Shown here one piece after another: positions 13,181 to 27,433 of a stretch of DNA of 64,000 nucleotides. A program made the translations under genes and the position numbers. The number at the start of each line of letters is the position of its first letter. The first letter of the stretch is position 1. The notes under the pieces were generated by a model. That model was not told where the DNA came from. It made no database searches and was given only the letters and a program-made list of their open reading frames with translations. The DNA comes from Laetmonice hystrix (Eukaryota): contig OZ249441.1 in assembly GCA_965235115.1 (NCBI GenBank), positions 7,750,001-7,814,000 on the forward strand. The letters are read 5' to 3'.

Positions 13181-15519
13181 TGCTGAGGAGAATACAGTGG
13201 CCTGCCGCATGGTGGCGCTGTATCAACAAAGGTGGCGATTGGAATCTGGGCGACTATATTGATGTCACCTGGGCCCGATATATTGATTGACTATTATATT
13301 GATGTCACCTGGGCCAGATGTTTTGATATGAATATAACAATGGGATAATTGGCCGAGTGTTGGTCGACGGATTAGCATATATTTTGACGGTTTGTTGACA
13401 TTGAGGTGTTGAATCAACTGCAAGGTGTATGTGTTTACTATAGCGATATATACCAGTCGTTCAGGATACATAGACCACGTTACTGTCAAACTACTGCCAA
13501 GTCAGCACGGTCAGCATTGAATGAAGCGAGATGGAAGCTTACAATTCTATCATAAAGGTTGACAAAAGACATTTGATTATGACTTTCTTATTTTCTTTCC
13601 ACAAACTCCTTAGAAATGAAGAAATGAATTTAAAATCATGAGGCAAATCGGACTGTAAAGGTCGATATAGCTACTGTATACAGTACCACATGCCGGATTA
13701 TATTCAGCATAGATTAGAAGGCGAGTCTTGTAATAGAAAAAAAGCCCCGTCCAAACTAGAAATTACTGCCAATACTAAAAAGAATGTAAACAAGCAAGGC
13801 TTGAGTTGGAAGTGTTTGAGTGAGGGTCCTATCCGATTATAGCTGACTCGTCCATCCTTGTCCCAGTACGACTCCCCCCTCCACCCCCCCCCCTCCACAC
13901 CCTGGGGAGGGCGGGAGGCAGGGCGGGAGGGGGTCACACACACTCTGTCCACTTACACGATTATCTGGCATCAATAAGTGGTTCCGTCTGCCTCGTCAAG
14001 CACCTTTGTCAAGTACAACTTGGTGCTCAGTAAGCTGAGCCTACCATCTACCCGGCTGCTGTTTTCTTAATTAGCCGAGCGTGGTGAGCGCAACCCCACA
14101 CCACCAACCGAGAGACCGGCAGACCGGGCAGGTCGGACCGGGACCAGCGCTGGTGGTGGCCGGCCGGGAGAGCGGGCGGGCGGGCTGTCGATGGCCCTCC
14201 ATACCCCGGCCCGCCCTCCCGCACACCCGGCCGGATCGTTTTCAGATTTATCGTGCATCACGTCATTGATACGTACAGAGAAACGGACCGTGGCCGCCCG
14301 TCGATAGTCCTTGAATATTGGCAATGGCAAACATGTGTGTGTCCGAGAGACGGAACGCCGGTTTGTAGGACACACTCTCTACCGGAGATGTTTCAGTTAA
14401 AAAAAAATCCTCCCGCTAGACACAGACTCAACGATTTCTAACGGTTCTCTCAACGGGGTAAAAACAAGAACTGAAATCACGAATTCGCCATCCGGTTCAT
14501 GACCCCCCCCCCCCCCTCCTTCTTATTTCTTTCTGGATTAAATTAGAAAGAAAAATTGAAAACAGTATGTTTGCAGTCCGCATATATACACAAGGCATCA
14601 CAAATTATGCGAATAATCTATTTCTGACAGACATGTCATACTAAAAATATATAAAGTGAATAGTATAATAGCCACAGTCTTCGTTTTCGATATATTCTAA
14701 CTAACCTACTCTTGCCGTCAAGGAGGTTCTCACTATTATACTCCATCTGTGTGTAGTGACACACGGCCGATACCCCAGCAAGCCGGCTGTATACCCGGTA
14801 TAGGCCTATATCCACGTGCCGTGTGTGGACGGTCCACGCCCGGCCTTTGAAGCAATATTCCCGGCTTGGATAAAGCGAACACCACAGGGAGCGGAGACAA
14901 AAGTGACAATGATAACCAAATACACAGCAAATTCACACCAAATTAATTTCCGTCAGTTTATTAAAAGTGGGGTTGCTGCAAATTGAGCTGTGTCACTTGA
15001 GACTATGCATACGTCGGGGGGAAAATTGAGAAAGTCAATATGGCATCTGAGTACTGATGGAGGACGGACGGGAGACTGATGGTGGGCCGATACGGGCGGG
15101 CACCTGCTGCCCTCTACATCCCGCTCCCAGCCGGCTGGCCTTCCTACAGTAACAATGGCTTACACCGACCCCTGCTAATATACAAGCCATATAATATATG
15201 GTTTCTTCCGAGGATATACTCCGTGCATTCAAATATCACCTCCTAGAATTCTAATCACTGCCGAACATGCACTAGTCTTGTAGTAGTTGGATCCTGAGCC
15301 CTGAGATCCCATGGTGTAGCTTACCCCACACCGATCCACCCCTCCCTTCCCTGCCCCCACGTTTAAATTCGAGACGTTCCTGTTTTAGTGTAATTTCCGA
15401 CATTCCACACGATCTGTGACAACATTTCGCTTCATTTGGAATCGTCTTACAGTCAAGCCAAAAATACAAAAATAATATCATGAATTAGGCATGTTCTCTG
15501 GAGGCGGTACGCCGTAAAC

Positions 15520-15975
15520 ATGCATGGAGCAAATGCATCGGATGTCGTATATGGTACATAATGGTACATCGTATGGTGAACGTGGGATGTCGTTTATGGT
15601 ACATAATGGTACATCGTACATGGTGCACGTGGGATGTCGTATATGTATGTACATGGGATGTCGTATAGGCCTATGGTGCATCGTATATGGTGAACATGGG
15701 ATGTCGTATGTGGTACAACGTGGGATGTCGTATATGCATGTACACATGCCATAGGATGTCGTAGCTTATATGGTACATCGTACATGGTGCACGTGGGATG
15801 TCGTATATATATGTACACACGGGATGTCGTATATGGTACATCGTACATGGTGCACGTGGGATGTCGTATATATATATATATGTACACATGGGATGTCGTA
15901 TATGGTACATCGTATATAGTGCACGTGGGATGTCGTATATGGTACACAATGGGATGTCGTATTATGGTGCACGTG
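15520..15975. repeat. degenerate ~37-bp array containing CACGTG
   Basis: GGGATGTCGTATATGGTACATCGTACATGGTGCACGT units. Confidence 0.88.
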
Positions 15976-17727
15976 ACGCGCCAAGGTGCACGCTGCACGG
16001 TGCACGCTGCATGGAAGCTTTATTGTTGCACCTTGATTACAATTTGAGATGATTTTCTTCCAAAACACAATGCCAAAGCAGGCCTGTAATATATAGGCCT
16101 ATAGGACTTGATACAGATATAAACCATACCCAACAGAGACAGCCAACAATATGTCTTACACACCATCTCCATATATATTTAATGTTTCATCTTCGTATAG
16201 GCCTATTCTTAATTGGCCTAACGAAGTAGGCTATATCTTTACAGATGTGGATTTTTGGCGACGTTACCTATATGTGGTTATAATATGCCAGTCATAACAC
16301 AGGTGTTGAAGAAAAACGGTCATGTCTACGTATAGGTATAGGCCTACGTACATGCATGGATGTTGGCGGCCATTGGGAGAGTTGTGCGGGGATGATTCAT
16401 CAGAATATGAAGTGGGGAACATGCCATTAAACACCCCACCCCACCCACCCTCTTCCGACCACCCCCGCTCCATGCACGCTGGAGGATCCCCAGAGAGCCG
16501 CGATCAGGTAAAATATCATGTAACTAGGTGGCCTCCTAATTCGGGGAAGCGTCCCTATTATCCAGTTTGTAAGGCGGGAGGACCTTTGGCCACTTGAGGA
16601 CATCTCTTCCCGTCAGCCCCCGGGCGGACGCCGAGGCGTTGGTTCGCAGACGACAATTGAACACCGATCAGTGTCGCTGCGTGCCGCTCGCGGCGCTGCG
16701 CCCACCGCACGCCCGCCACCAGGGTGCGCTCGCTCCCTCCCGCCGTAATTAATATCCCTCCGACTCTTTAACAAACGGCCCCCCGAATCTCGTGCTACGA
16801 GGATTTGCGAGGATTTTGCCACTTATCCCGCGCCGTTGCTGCCTCATTATGGCGTAATGCTGACAGCCTCAGCCAGGCAGCCATTCGGCAGTCAGCGGCC
16901 GGGGCAAGGGCTACTACAGGGCCGCTCTGCAATGGATGACACCTCTTGCTACCGTGGGTAAGCCCCCTATAGCACTGGCGAGACTGCATATACTGAGATA
17001 TGAGTAATAATATTCACATAATCTGGGATGCGATGATCTTGAGGTGTAACTTTAAATCTTATAATACAATGAGGAGGTTCTTAACTGGTCTAAATTCATG
17101 ATCTCGAGGAGAACAATAACTATAGACCTATAATTCAGTTATTCTGAGCTGATGTTCGAAATATAATTGTATACCAATCCTATATGAAGCATAATCCTAT
17201 AAAAACCCACTGTGTTAATCACATGTGTTTTTGTGTGTGTAGAATGCCTAGTTAAATATGAATACTGCCATTTAAAACTCTGACAATTACAGCCCCGTTT
17301 CCCGGCACAATTCCTGGTTCATTAAAAAGGAAAAGAACTATTACCAGCTTGGCGCAATTGTATAAGGCAATACACGACTAAATTGAAAAAGAATGCTAGT
17401 TCACATTGGCCCAATTTTGTCGCTCCTACTGCAGTGATCGACGGAACGTGCTTCCAACACTTTGTACTTATGTACTTTTGCTGACGTTAACTTAAAAATA
17501 CAACTCCTGTCAATATTCGCCGTGTATTGCCGGGGTTGTTATGAGTGGCCTTAATCAGCCTGTTGTGAGGTGGGCGGTGGTGCTGTATGACGGGAGCAAT
17601 GGTTTCACGGCAGACGCTGAGAGTAATGAGAGAGGTAACATTCATAGTGATGATATAGACACGGGTTTTACCAGGGAATCATTCCGTCATGTCGCCTCGC
17701 TGGCTGTGTTATAGTGTGTGTTCGCTC

Positions 17728-17875
17728 CCGTGTAACATCCCACACACGTGTAACATCCCACACACGTGTAACATCCCACACACGTGTAACATCCCACACA
17801 ATGTGTAACATCGCACACACGTGTAACATCCTACACACGTGTAACATCCCACACACGTGTAACATCCCAAACACG
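17728..17875. repeat. 18-bp tandem repeat x8
   Basis: GTGTAACATCCCACACAC. Confidence 0.93.
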
Positions 17876-18174
17876 TAGCAGGTCGGTCCACGAGTAATCA
17901 TTACAATAAAATACTGAAGAAAAAACCCCACCCCAACCTGTTCTATTCTAGGTACTGTAGACAAAGCGGCCCCCGATGTCGTTTGCCTCACACCCCGTCC
18001 CACGAGGAGCAAGGCAGTGTTTGTACTCATCTCAATGCACCTGTGAAAATCGATGAAATTTGTCGGTGTTGAAACATGGTCTGTGTATGAAAATTGGGAC
18101 GGTGTGTGCTGGAGAAAAAGTGGCGCATTACGACTGCTGTAGTGATTGCTCGGGACAATACCAGCTGATGGGAC

Positions 18175-19140
18175 CGGGGCTGGGGGACGATAGACGGCTA
18201 CCGGCCGGGGGACGGGGGACGGGGCGGGGGTCTACCGGGGTGGGGGACGATAGACGGCTACCGGCCGGCGACCGGGGGACGGGGGCGGGGGGTCTACCGG
18301 GGTGGGGGACGATAGACGGCTACCGGCCGGCGACCGGGGGACGGGGGCGGGGGGTCTACCGGGGTGGGGGACGATAGACGGCTACCGGCCGGCGACCGGG
18401 GGACGGGGGCGGGGGGTCTAACGGGGTGGGGGACGATAGACGGCTACCGGCCGGCGACCGGGGGACGGGGGCGGGGGGTCTAACGGGGTGGGGGACGATA
18501 GACGGCTACCGGCCGGGGGACGGGGGACGGGGGCGGGGGGTCTAACGGGGTGGGGGACGATAGACGGCTACCGGCCGGGGGACGGGGGACGGGGGCGGGG
18601 GGTCTAACGGGGTGGGGGACGATAGACGGCTACCGGCCGGCGACCGGGGGACGGGGGCGGGGGGTCTACCGGGGTGGGGGACGATAGACGGCTACCGGCC
18701 TGAGACCGGGGGACGGGGGCGGGGGGTCTACCGGGGTGGGGGACGATAGACGGCTACCGGCCGGGGGACGGGGGACGGGGGTCTACCGGGGTGGGGGACG
18801 ACAGACGGCTACCGGCCGGAGACCGGGGGACGGGGGCGGGGGGTCTACCGGGGTGGGGGACGATAGACGGCTACCGGCCGGGGGACGGGGGACGGGGGTC
18901 TACCGGGGTGGGGGACGACAGACGGCTACCGGCCTGAGACCGGGGGACGGGGGCGGAGGGTCTACCGGGGTGGGGGACTATAGACGGCTACCGGCCGGAG
19001 ACCGGTGTCCGGGGACGCGGGGGGGGGGGGGTTACCAGGGTGGGGGACGGCTATACCGGCCGGCTGGAAGGCCGGGGACCGGTGGACGGGGACCGGGGGG
19101 GGGCGGCTGGAAGGCCGGAGACCGGGGACGGGGGGGGGGG
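18175..19140. repeat. ~62-bp extremely G-rich tandem array x~14
   Basis: GGGGTGGGGGACGATAGACGGCTACCGGCCGGCGACCGGGGGACGGGGGCGGGGGGTCTACC with variants. Confidence 0.96.
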
Positions 19141-19318
19141 GTCTATAACCCACTGGTTTCTCGCAGTCTGGTCCGTGAGAAAAAAAAACCATTCAAATCT
19201 TAAAATAGGCAGTCGTCTTGATTTTCTCTGGCCGGGCTACATAGTACCTGAATAATGCCTAAATCTACCAGGCCATGCACCAGCAGCTTTCATCATATAG
19301 ATACTTGATCCATATTCG

Positions 19319-19732
19319 GGTGGGCATAAAAAAAAACTTGTCAAACTGTGGTGTTAAAATTTCAAAAACCTGAGGCCCTATAGGTCACAAACTTCTGACA
19401 ATTTACAGGAGTGCACTTCAATGTTTCTAATATCTGCAGGGTGAGATTTTCAAGTTAAAATTGTTGTTCCGGACTTAGTTGTAACCTGTAATAACGTACG
19501 ATATGCCTGGTTTTACCTGAACATACGGGGTCAATTGGATACACTTTTAATGTTGGTCTCATGTAACAATTGTAAAGACTATATTTCAGATATCAACTTG
19601 AACATTTCAACATATTATGTTCAATAATTTATTTATCACGGTCTTTACTCCTCTAACTTCTCAGAAGCTTGTGACGTAGCGTTTTTGACATATTGAACGT
19701 CAAAGTTCGATAAGTTTAAAAAAATGCCCACC
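19319..19732. mobile_element. MITE-like non-autonomous DNA transposon, copy A
   Basis: Imperfect TIRs GGTGGGCATAAAAAAAAACTTGTCAAACT ... AGTTCGATAAGTTTAAAAAAATGCCCACC, plus subterminal inverted GTCACAAACTTCTGACA/TCTCAGAAGCTTGTGAC. AT-rich, non-coding, with a related copy at 49.2 kb. No clear TSD. Confidence 0.7.
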
Positions 19733-22700
19733 TTCTATCCATATATAAACATCGATGTTTCACTCAAATAAGCCCCCCCCCCCCCCCCCCCCCACTTGGG
19801 ATTTGACCTGGATGAAGAACCAGACTGGGTGAAGGATATTTTGAAAGATGTCCGTTATGCTGTAGATGCTACCCGATATTTCTCTCTATGTTTAGCTCGT
19901 TCACAGCGCTGTCTGAACCGCTCTCAGCGTTAGCTTTTATTTATGTGTTGTTTGCATTGGCAGAAATGGTGGAAATTCTAGCCTATACAAGACCGGCGCT
20001 GAGCGCATACCATGTTAGTATATTAACTATCCATTTCAGGGGCGTCTGGTCGTGCTGTGGCCAAGGGAAGGGACCAAATATGAAAGATAAACACGCTCTC
20101 GGCCGCTGCAGCGACTAGAGTGACGGACTGTTCGTACGGCTGGGTCACACGAACGTACACACGCACGCACGCACGCGCTACCCCCCCCCCCCAACATACA
20201 TATTCATCGGGCACCAATCCGATGGGTTTCGTAACGTCACAATATTTGTATTAACGGAAGTGTTTAACAATGACGAAAGGGTAGCGTCTCAACTCCACAT
20301 ACAGGAGTTAACTCTCTCTCCCTCCTCGTGAATCTGGCACTCTCGCTTGATTACATCTCTATCTTAGTCTGCCTTTGATGTTAATGTGATGAATGAAATA
20401 AAAATAAAATATAGGGCAGGGTTTCTTTGAAGTAAGAAACGGAACGCGATAAAATATATAGTCAGACCTCATTAATCGGTGCTTCTTTAATCCGTATACC
20501 TCACAATCCAAACACACTTTCTGCTAACCTATTCTACCATTTTCTATTGAAAACGATTCAGTAATCTGTATAGGCTACCTCACAATCCAAACACACTTTC
20601 TGCTAACCTATTCTACCATGTTCTATTTAAAATGATTCAGTAATCCGTATATAGACTCTATGTTTCACAATCTGAATAGGCTCCCAGCTGTTCGGATAAA
20701 CGAGGTCTGACAGTATGGACACATTAAATTGTAACGTTATAACTCTATGTGAACGTAAAAATAATATCCTATTCCACTATTTTTAACACTATAGTATGGC
20801 ATAATGTGTTTGATAATAATATTATTGCATGGCCGGCAACTGTAAATGTGACCCTGATACTGGATGTATGCCTCCCGACATGAGACAGCTCGCTTAACCC
20901 GCTATCATTAACCTGTGCTTGGCTGCCCGGGGTCAGCAATTAAACTGTATATACTTGAGTGATGCCCGGCCATCAGGGCCACAACTTGTCCACGTCACCG
21001 TGATAGGGCGGTGAGAAGTGTGTATTGTGGCGGCACGCGGGACCAGGCGGGCCGGGCAGGCCGGGCGGGCCGGGATGGGGCCCCGGTCACGGTGAAGTAG
21101 GATGGAGATACGAGTCGAGTAGTACCCGGGGACACTCGAGGACACTCGGCCGGTACTTGACCGTGCTTCCATCCACCGACCGCTACGTAAGACGGTGTGT
21201 AACCCGGCCCCTGGCGGACCGTGCCGGCCAGCGGGCAGAGGGAACGCTTGTCAAAGTGATCGTAATTGGGGAGAGCAATCAGAGTGGGAGCAGAGTGAGG
21301 TGGAGGTGGGCGTACAGGTACCTGTCTGTGTGTGGGTACACCGAATTAACATGGACATGGGGGTGGAATCAGTGAAAAAATGTCTGTCAAATGAATCATC
21401 ACAGAAAAAGTCTATATAATTGAGTGTCTTGGTGTATATACAGTAGCAAGGCATCCTTCACATATACATGGCCGGTTAAACCCTGTGTAAACACGAGAAG
21501 CACTCAGTGACCCGCACCTTGATGTGACTAGATCCATGTTCATGTTTGACTTGACGGTTACCTTGGGCACGATCTGTCCGGGGGGGGGGCGGTAGGGGTG
21601 TGGGAGGGGGCGTTTAACACAGGGTTTATATATTTAGCGCCGCTATCCGCCACAGGTCCGGGTATTGTTGAAAGGTACGCAGAGTTTGGGGTAAATGGGA
21701 GCACAGGGAACATGTCAACATTCAGCCCCCGGCCGCTGCCCCACCACCCCGCCGGCTCACAGTCACCTCCGCACCGCCGCTTTTTGTCCAACGTTTGCTC
21801 AGCTATTTTTGAACTGAATGGACTCAAACGTGGCAAATCATGGTAAAACCTGGTGCGATTGTTGCTTGATCTGGGTGTATAGAATCACAGAGGGAGTGAC
21901 GCCTAATGTGTCGATTCACGGCTTCCACTAGCGCCGTTAACATCGGTGGTGTCGTGGTGGCGGTCACACAGACAGACAGGCCGACTACAGGCGTCACACC
22001 GCCCGCCGCCAGCCCCGTGACGGCGGGCGGCGGGCAGGCAGCAGGCGGCGGGTACCGCAAAAACCGCTCCACCCGTTCAGCTCTCTCACCCATGGTGCTC
22101 GGCTGCTCTCATTATGCCAACATCACGTCTTGAACAATCTCACCATGTGGATCTCTTAAATGGGCTTGCTGCTCACGGCGTCCATAACTTATTACGGGGT
22201 TACATATTATAATATATAAGATATAAACAGAGCTGGTACCGATGGTTGTACACCATGATTTGTCTGCTGTGGCACACGGTTCTCCACACGAAAGTGATAT
22301 ACAAGTCGACAAATCAATGTCTATTAGCTGGCAGACTTGGCCGAACTGTTAATATGAAAGCTTGGCCCACTCATCTTACCATGTCCTCCCTTACAGTGCC
22401 AGTATATGGATCTTCTCTCTATAGTTATTGTCACACAAAACACCACCATATACAGCCACCGCCTCTATGTAATGACAAAGCCGGTGAGACCCCCCCCCCC
22501 AGTCGGTCTATACACCACTGTTTATACCCAGCTGGGCCTCTCTCTCCTCTTGCAGCCCATTATTTATTCATTGTTTCTTTGCGCTTGACACCACATTGAG
22601 TTTTACTAAACCGACTATGTACACCATTGCCTGGTCTCATTTGACGCTGCGAAATAAGAAGAATTTCATACTGTCAACAAAGACGCAATATTTGTGCCTG

Positions 22701-24299
22701 CGCCTCGCTGGCGCCACTGGAATTGATCTTTAGCGAAAGCTAATATCAAGATTCATCAATGTTTCTGTGTATATAGCGCGTGGAGGCGAGCGGCCCCAAT
22801 ACTGAGGCCAAGCCAAGCCGTTCGGCCTCCCACTACACCGCCAACACTGGCAAGCCGTAAAAAAACCTCACCGATTATTGATAAAATCAATAGCTAAAAT
22901 CATTATAATAAGAATACAATATGATTATAGTAACTCTTACAGTGAGACATTTAATTTTCAGCGAAGGGTTCCACAGAACATGAGGCCAGTGATATATATC
23001 GTTATTTATATCCTGATGTAGCTTAGTTCCGAGGCACCTAAATCGTAACCTGAAATAAACGCTGCTTTCCGACTACTACTTACAGAGCGCCGCTGCCTGG
23101 CGCTGGCGGTCTCTCTGAGTCAGTCTATAAATATGTCAGCACCCAGCAATATCAGAATGCCAAACGTCGGCTCTAATTCGGGCCAATTCCACTATTTCCA
23201 TCTGAACATAAAGCCTACTAAAACTGACCGTGTTTCATTTGATGTTACTGCAGGGGTAACTATACTTGAAAGGGGCTCAAAGGCAGAGAGTCTCCGAAAG
23301 GTTAAATATATACGCCGACGATACGATTCGTGTCAGACGAATTGCAGAATAAGGACTTATAAAAGGTTACATAGGTGTGCACATGTAGTTAGGAGGAGAC
23401 GTCTACCTTGGACTGGTGCTTTGATGTCTCAGTCATTACAGAGAGCGTATATACAAGTAATTTCTCTCCCCTAATTTAAGAATGATTTATCCAATGTCCC
23501 CAACGGCAATAATTACATAATTGTATTGACATTTCATTTCTCTAAATATGTTGGGCCTTCAGTAGCTCACGGTCATCGACAAAGACATGGAGCGTTAGTT
23601 TAGGTTAGTAACCCTACCGTATGCCAGTCTCAGGACACAGTTATTCACATCCTCTGAGAATGCCATGTGAAGAATACAAATTTCAGCATTAGAAAAAAAT
23701 GTTTGCAACAAGTGCCCGACGTAATCATTTGTGACGTAATCATTTATGACATAATAATTCGTGACAGTAATAATCATCCCTTGACAGAGTAACAAACTGG
23801 ATGGTGTAGACTTGGGGGGGGGTGTCATAATGTACACGCATGTACTTTATACCCCACCCTCTCCCACCTCAGATTCACAATTAAAACAACTAACAAGCCG
23901 TACCACCACCCCGTCCCCCTAGAGCCCTGTCCATGACGTGCCTGTGTACCCTGTCAGAAAGCCTCCGATCACACATCCCAACTTTTCGATCATCTAATTA
24001 ACAGACCGTCCCCAGTGTCGGGATACGGGTGACGTATTCCGACACGGGCGGCAGGGCTGAGTGTCCCGGCCTGGTCTGCCCCTCCACATACCCACCCTTC
24101 TCTAACACGTCACAGACACTACTAATTGATTCCTAATCCTCAAACAATGGCTTTTATCTACTGCACTTAGCTAGCACTACTGCATGGAAAAATTGATATT
24201 GTTGAGCTAATTATTTTTTCTGTCGTCTTCACTCGAGCAGGGAGAGCTGTCCGGATCACCTGTAATGAAGTGTCCATGATATCATAAGTATAACACAGC

Positions 24300-26160
24300 C
24301 CACTCTGACTCGGTGTGTCCGTGGTGGAAACGGCTGCATCCAACTCTGTACAGGAACCTACTGGTTAACTCTGTACAGGAACCTACTAGATAGCTCTGTA
24401 CAGGAACCTACTGGGTAACTCTGTACAGGAACCTGCTGGGTAACTCTGTACAGGAACCTACTGGATAACTCATAATGAATCAACTCAGTCTGTCCGTGCA
24501 TGGTGGAAACGGCTGCTTCTAACTCTGTACAGGAACCTACTGGATAACTCACAATGAATCAACTCAGTCTGTCCGTGGTGGAAACGGCTGTTTCCAACGC
24601 TATACAGGAACCTACTGGTTAACTCTGCACAGGAACCTACTAGATAACTCTGTACAGGAACCTACTGGATAACTCTGTACAGGAACCTACTGGATAACTC
24701 TGTACAGGAACCTACTGGATAACTCTGTACAGGAACCTACTGGATAACTCTGTACAGGAACCTACTGGATAACTCTGTACAGGAACCTACTGGATAACTC
24801 TGTACAGGAACCTACTGGATACCTCTGTACAGGAACCTACTGGATAACTCGTTATGCATCAACTCAGTCTGTCCGTGCATGGTAGAAACGGCTGCTTCTA
24901 ACTCTGTACAGGAACCTACTGGATAACTCACAATGAATCAACTCAGTCTGTCCGTGGTGGAAACGGCTGTTTCCAACGCTATACAGGAACCTACTGGTTA
25001 ACTCTGTACAGGAACCTACTAGATAACTCTGTACAGGAACCTACTGGATAACTCTGTACAGGAACCTACTGGATAACTCTGTACAGGAACCTACTGGATA
25101 ACTCTGTACAGGAACCTACTGGATAACTCTGTACAGGAACCTACTGGATAACTCTGTACAGGAACCTACTGGATAACTCTGTACAGGAACCTACTGGATA
25201 CCTCTGTACAGGAACCTACTGGATAACTCTGTACAGGAACCTACTGGGTAACTCTGTACAGGAACCTGCTGGATAACTCATAATGAATCAACTCAGTCTG
25301 TCTGTGGTGGAAACGGCTGCTTCCAACACTGTACAGAAACCTACTGGATGACTCGTTATGAATCAACTCAGTCTGTCTGTGGTGGAAACGGCTGCTTCCA
25401 ACTCTGCACAGGAACCTACTGGATGACTCGTTATGAATCAACTCAGTCTGTCCGTGCATGGTGGAAACGGCTGCTTCTAACTCTGTACAGGAACCTACTG
25501 GATAACTCATAATGAATCAACTCAGTCTGTCTGTGGTGGAAACGGCTGCTTCCAACTCTGTACAGGAACCTACTGGATACCTCTGTACAGGAACCTACTG
25601 GATAACTCTGTACAGGAACCTACTGGATAACTCTGTACAGGAACCTACTGGATAACTCTGTACAGGAACCTACTGGATAACTCTGTACAGGAACCTACTG
25701 GATAACTCTGTACAGGAACCTACTGGGTAACTCTGTACAGGAACCTACTGGATAACTCTGTACAGGAACCTACTGGATAACTCTGTACAGGAACCTACTG
25801 GATAACTCTGTACAGGAACCTACTGGGTAACTCTGTACAGGAACCTACTGGATAACTCTGTACAGGAACCTACTGGATAACTCTGTACAGGAACCTACTG
25901 GATAACTCTGTACAGGAACCTACTGGGTAACTCTGTACAGGAACCTACTGGATAACTCTGTACAGGAACCTACTGGATAACTCTGTACAGGAACCTACTG
26001 GATAACTCTGTACAGGAACCTACTAGATAACTCTGTACAGGAACCTACTGGTTAACTCTGTACAGGAACCTACTAGATAACTCTGTACAGGAACCTACTG
26101 GTTAACTCTGTACAGGAACCTACTAGATAACTCTGTACAGGAACCTACTGGATAACTCAT
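24300..26160. repeat. composite array: 25-bp unit interspersed with a ~45-50-bp second unit
   Basis: CTCTGTACAGGAACCTACTGGATAA runs punctuated by AATGAATCAACTCAGTCTGTCYGTGGTGGAAACGGCTG. Confidence 0.96.
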
Positions 26161-26469
26161 AATTTATTAGTTATTTTGTGGTAAAACAAGTTTTCTCCTC
26201 TCCTCCAGTCAGTGTCCTACCTGCCCCCACTCCAGTGTCTATAGGTACATGTCGGCCTACCATTATAACCTGCACCGTCTGGGTCGGTAGTATATCAGAC
26301 TATTGGTCCTGTGAGAGGATGAAAGATATCAATCTGGTACTATTGCATCTGCCAATGTGGTATGTATGTCTATGGTGTATAGATATCACGGGTTGTGTAT
26401 ACTATACTCTCTCGTCTATTTGAAACACCTATACCCTCTCTGACTCCCTGAGTCAGTCACAGAGACGTA

Positions 26470-26685
26470 AGATGTGAATGAGGGATGTGAATGTGAATGA
26501 GAGATGTGAATGTGAATGAGAGATGTGAATGTGAATGAGAGATGTGAATGTGAATGAGAGATGTGAATGTGAATGAGAGATGTGAATGTGAATGAGAGAT
26601 GTGAATGTGAATGAGAGATGTGAATGTGAATGAGAGATGTGAATGTGAATGAGAGATGTGAATGTGAATGAGAGATGTGAATGTA
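26470..26685. repeat. 19-bp tandem repeat x~11
   Basis: GAGATGTGAATGTGAATGA. Confidence 0.95.
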
Positions 26686-27433
26686 AACGTATAGGGTACA
26701 CACAGGTCGAGGTGCTGTTTGAGGGTGAGAGACCACCCCTTGACCTTTCAGAGGTCAGGCGAGTCATGCTCTATGTAGGCTGTCCGTGGTGTACCGGGGG
26801 AAGCTGGGGCCGGAAGGGCCCCTCTGATGCAGGTATATAAAGGGGCCCACAGCCTGGACGGACCCCCTCTGATTGCAGGTACATGAAGTATATAAAAGGG
26901 GCCCACAGCATGGACGGTCCTCTCTGAGTTATACAAGGGGGTACAGCCCTCGGATACAAGGGGGTACAGCCCTACGCCGAGGTATAAAGAGGCCCAAACT
27001 GTATACTGTCTCCCTTTTTACCCCTACCGTAGGGCCCCGTCTGGTGCTGGGTATACGGGCCACTCTGGCAGCCGGAGAGACTCCTTCAGAAAGTCGACCA
27101 CATTATGCGGAGCGGCGGACAACAAGCAGTCAGCATCTTCAGAACCCGTGAATGGGGTCTCCTGGTCGTGTCCATGAATTTATAAACATCTGCTGGGGGC
27201 AGAACGGTAAATTCAACACACGGGAGCGGAGAGGTAGGGGCAGGTAATGTGTACTAAAGTATACATAGGCGCCGGTAAATAGATAGACCTGGGGGTTCCA
27301 ACCGAGCTCAGTTTTTCTAACCCATATTGGCTCATAGACAAATAGAAGAACAGCCAATATAGCCCTGATGATGAATATGATTATATTTGATTTGGTTGTG
27401 AATTCTAGAGACAACAAGTCGATGTAGACTCCC

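Noticed and set aside
12203-13229. 325-aa ORF and overlapping ORFs
   Set aside because: Products of a stop-poor 49-bp minisatellite read across frames.
16715-16730. CTCF-like GCCACCAGGGTGCGCT
   Set aside because: Mismatch at a strongly conserved G; a single motif in GC-rich DNA is not supportable.
24300-26160. CRISPR-like look of repeats with intervening segments
   Set aside because: The intervening segments are themselves repeated, not unique spacers. No cas genes, and the context is a eukaryotic intron.
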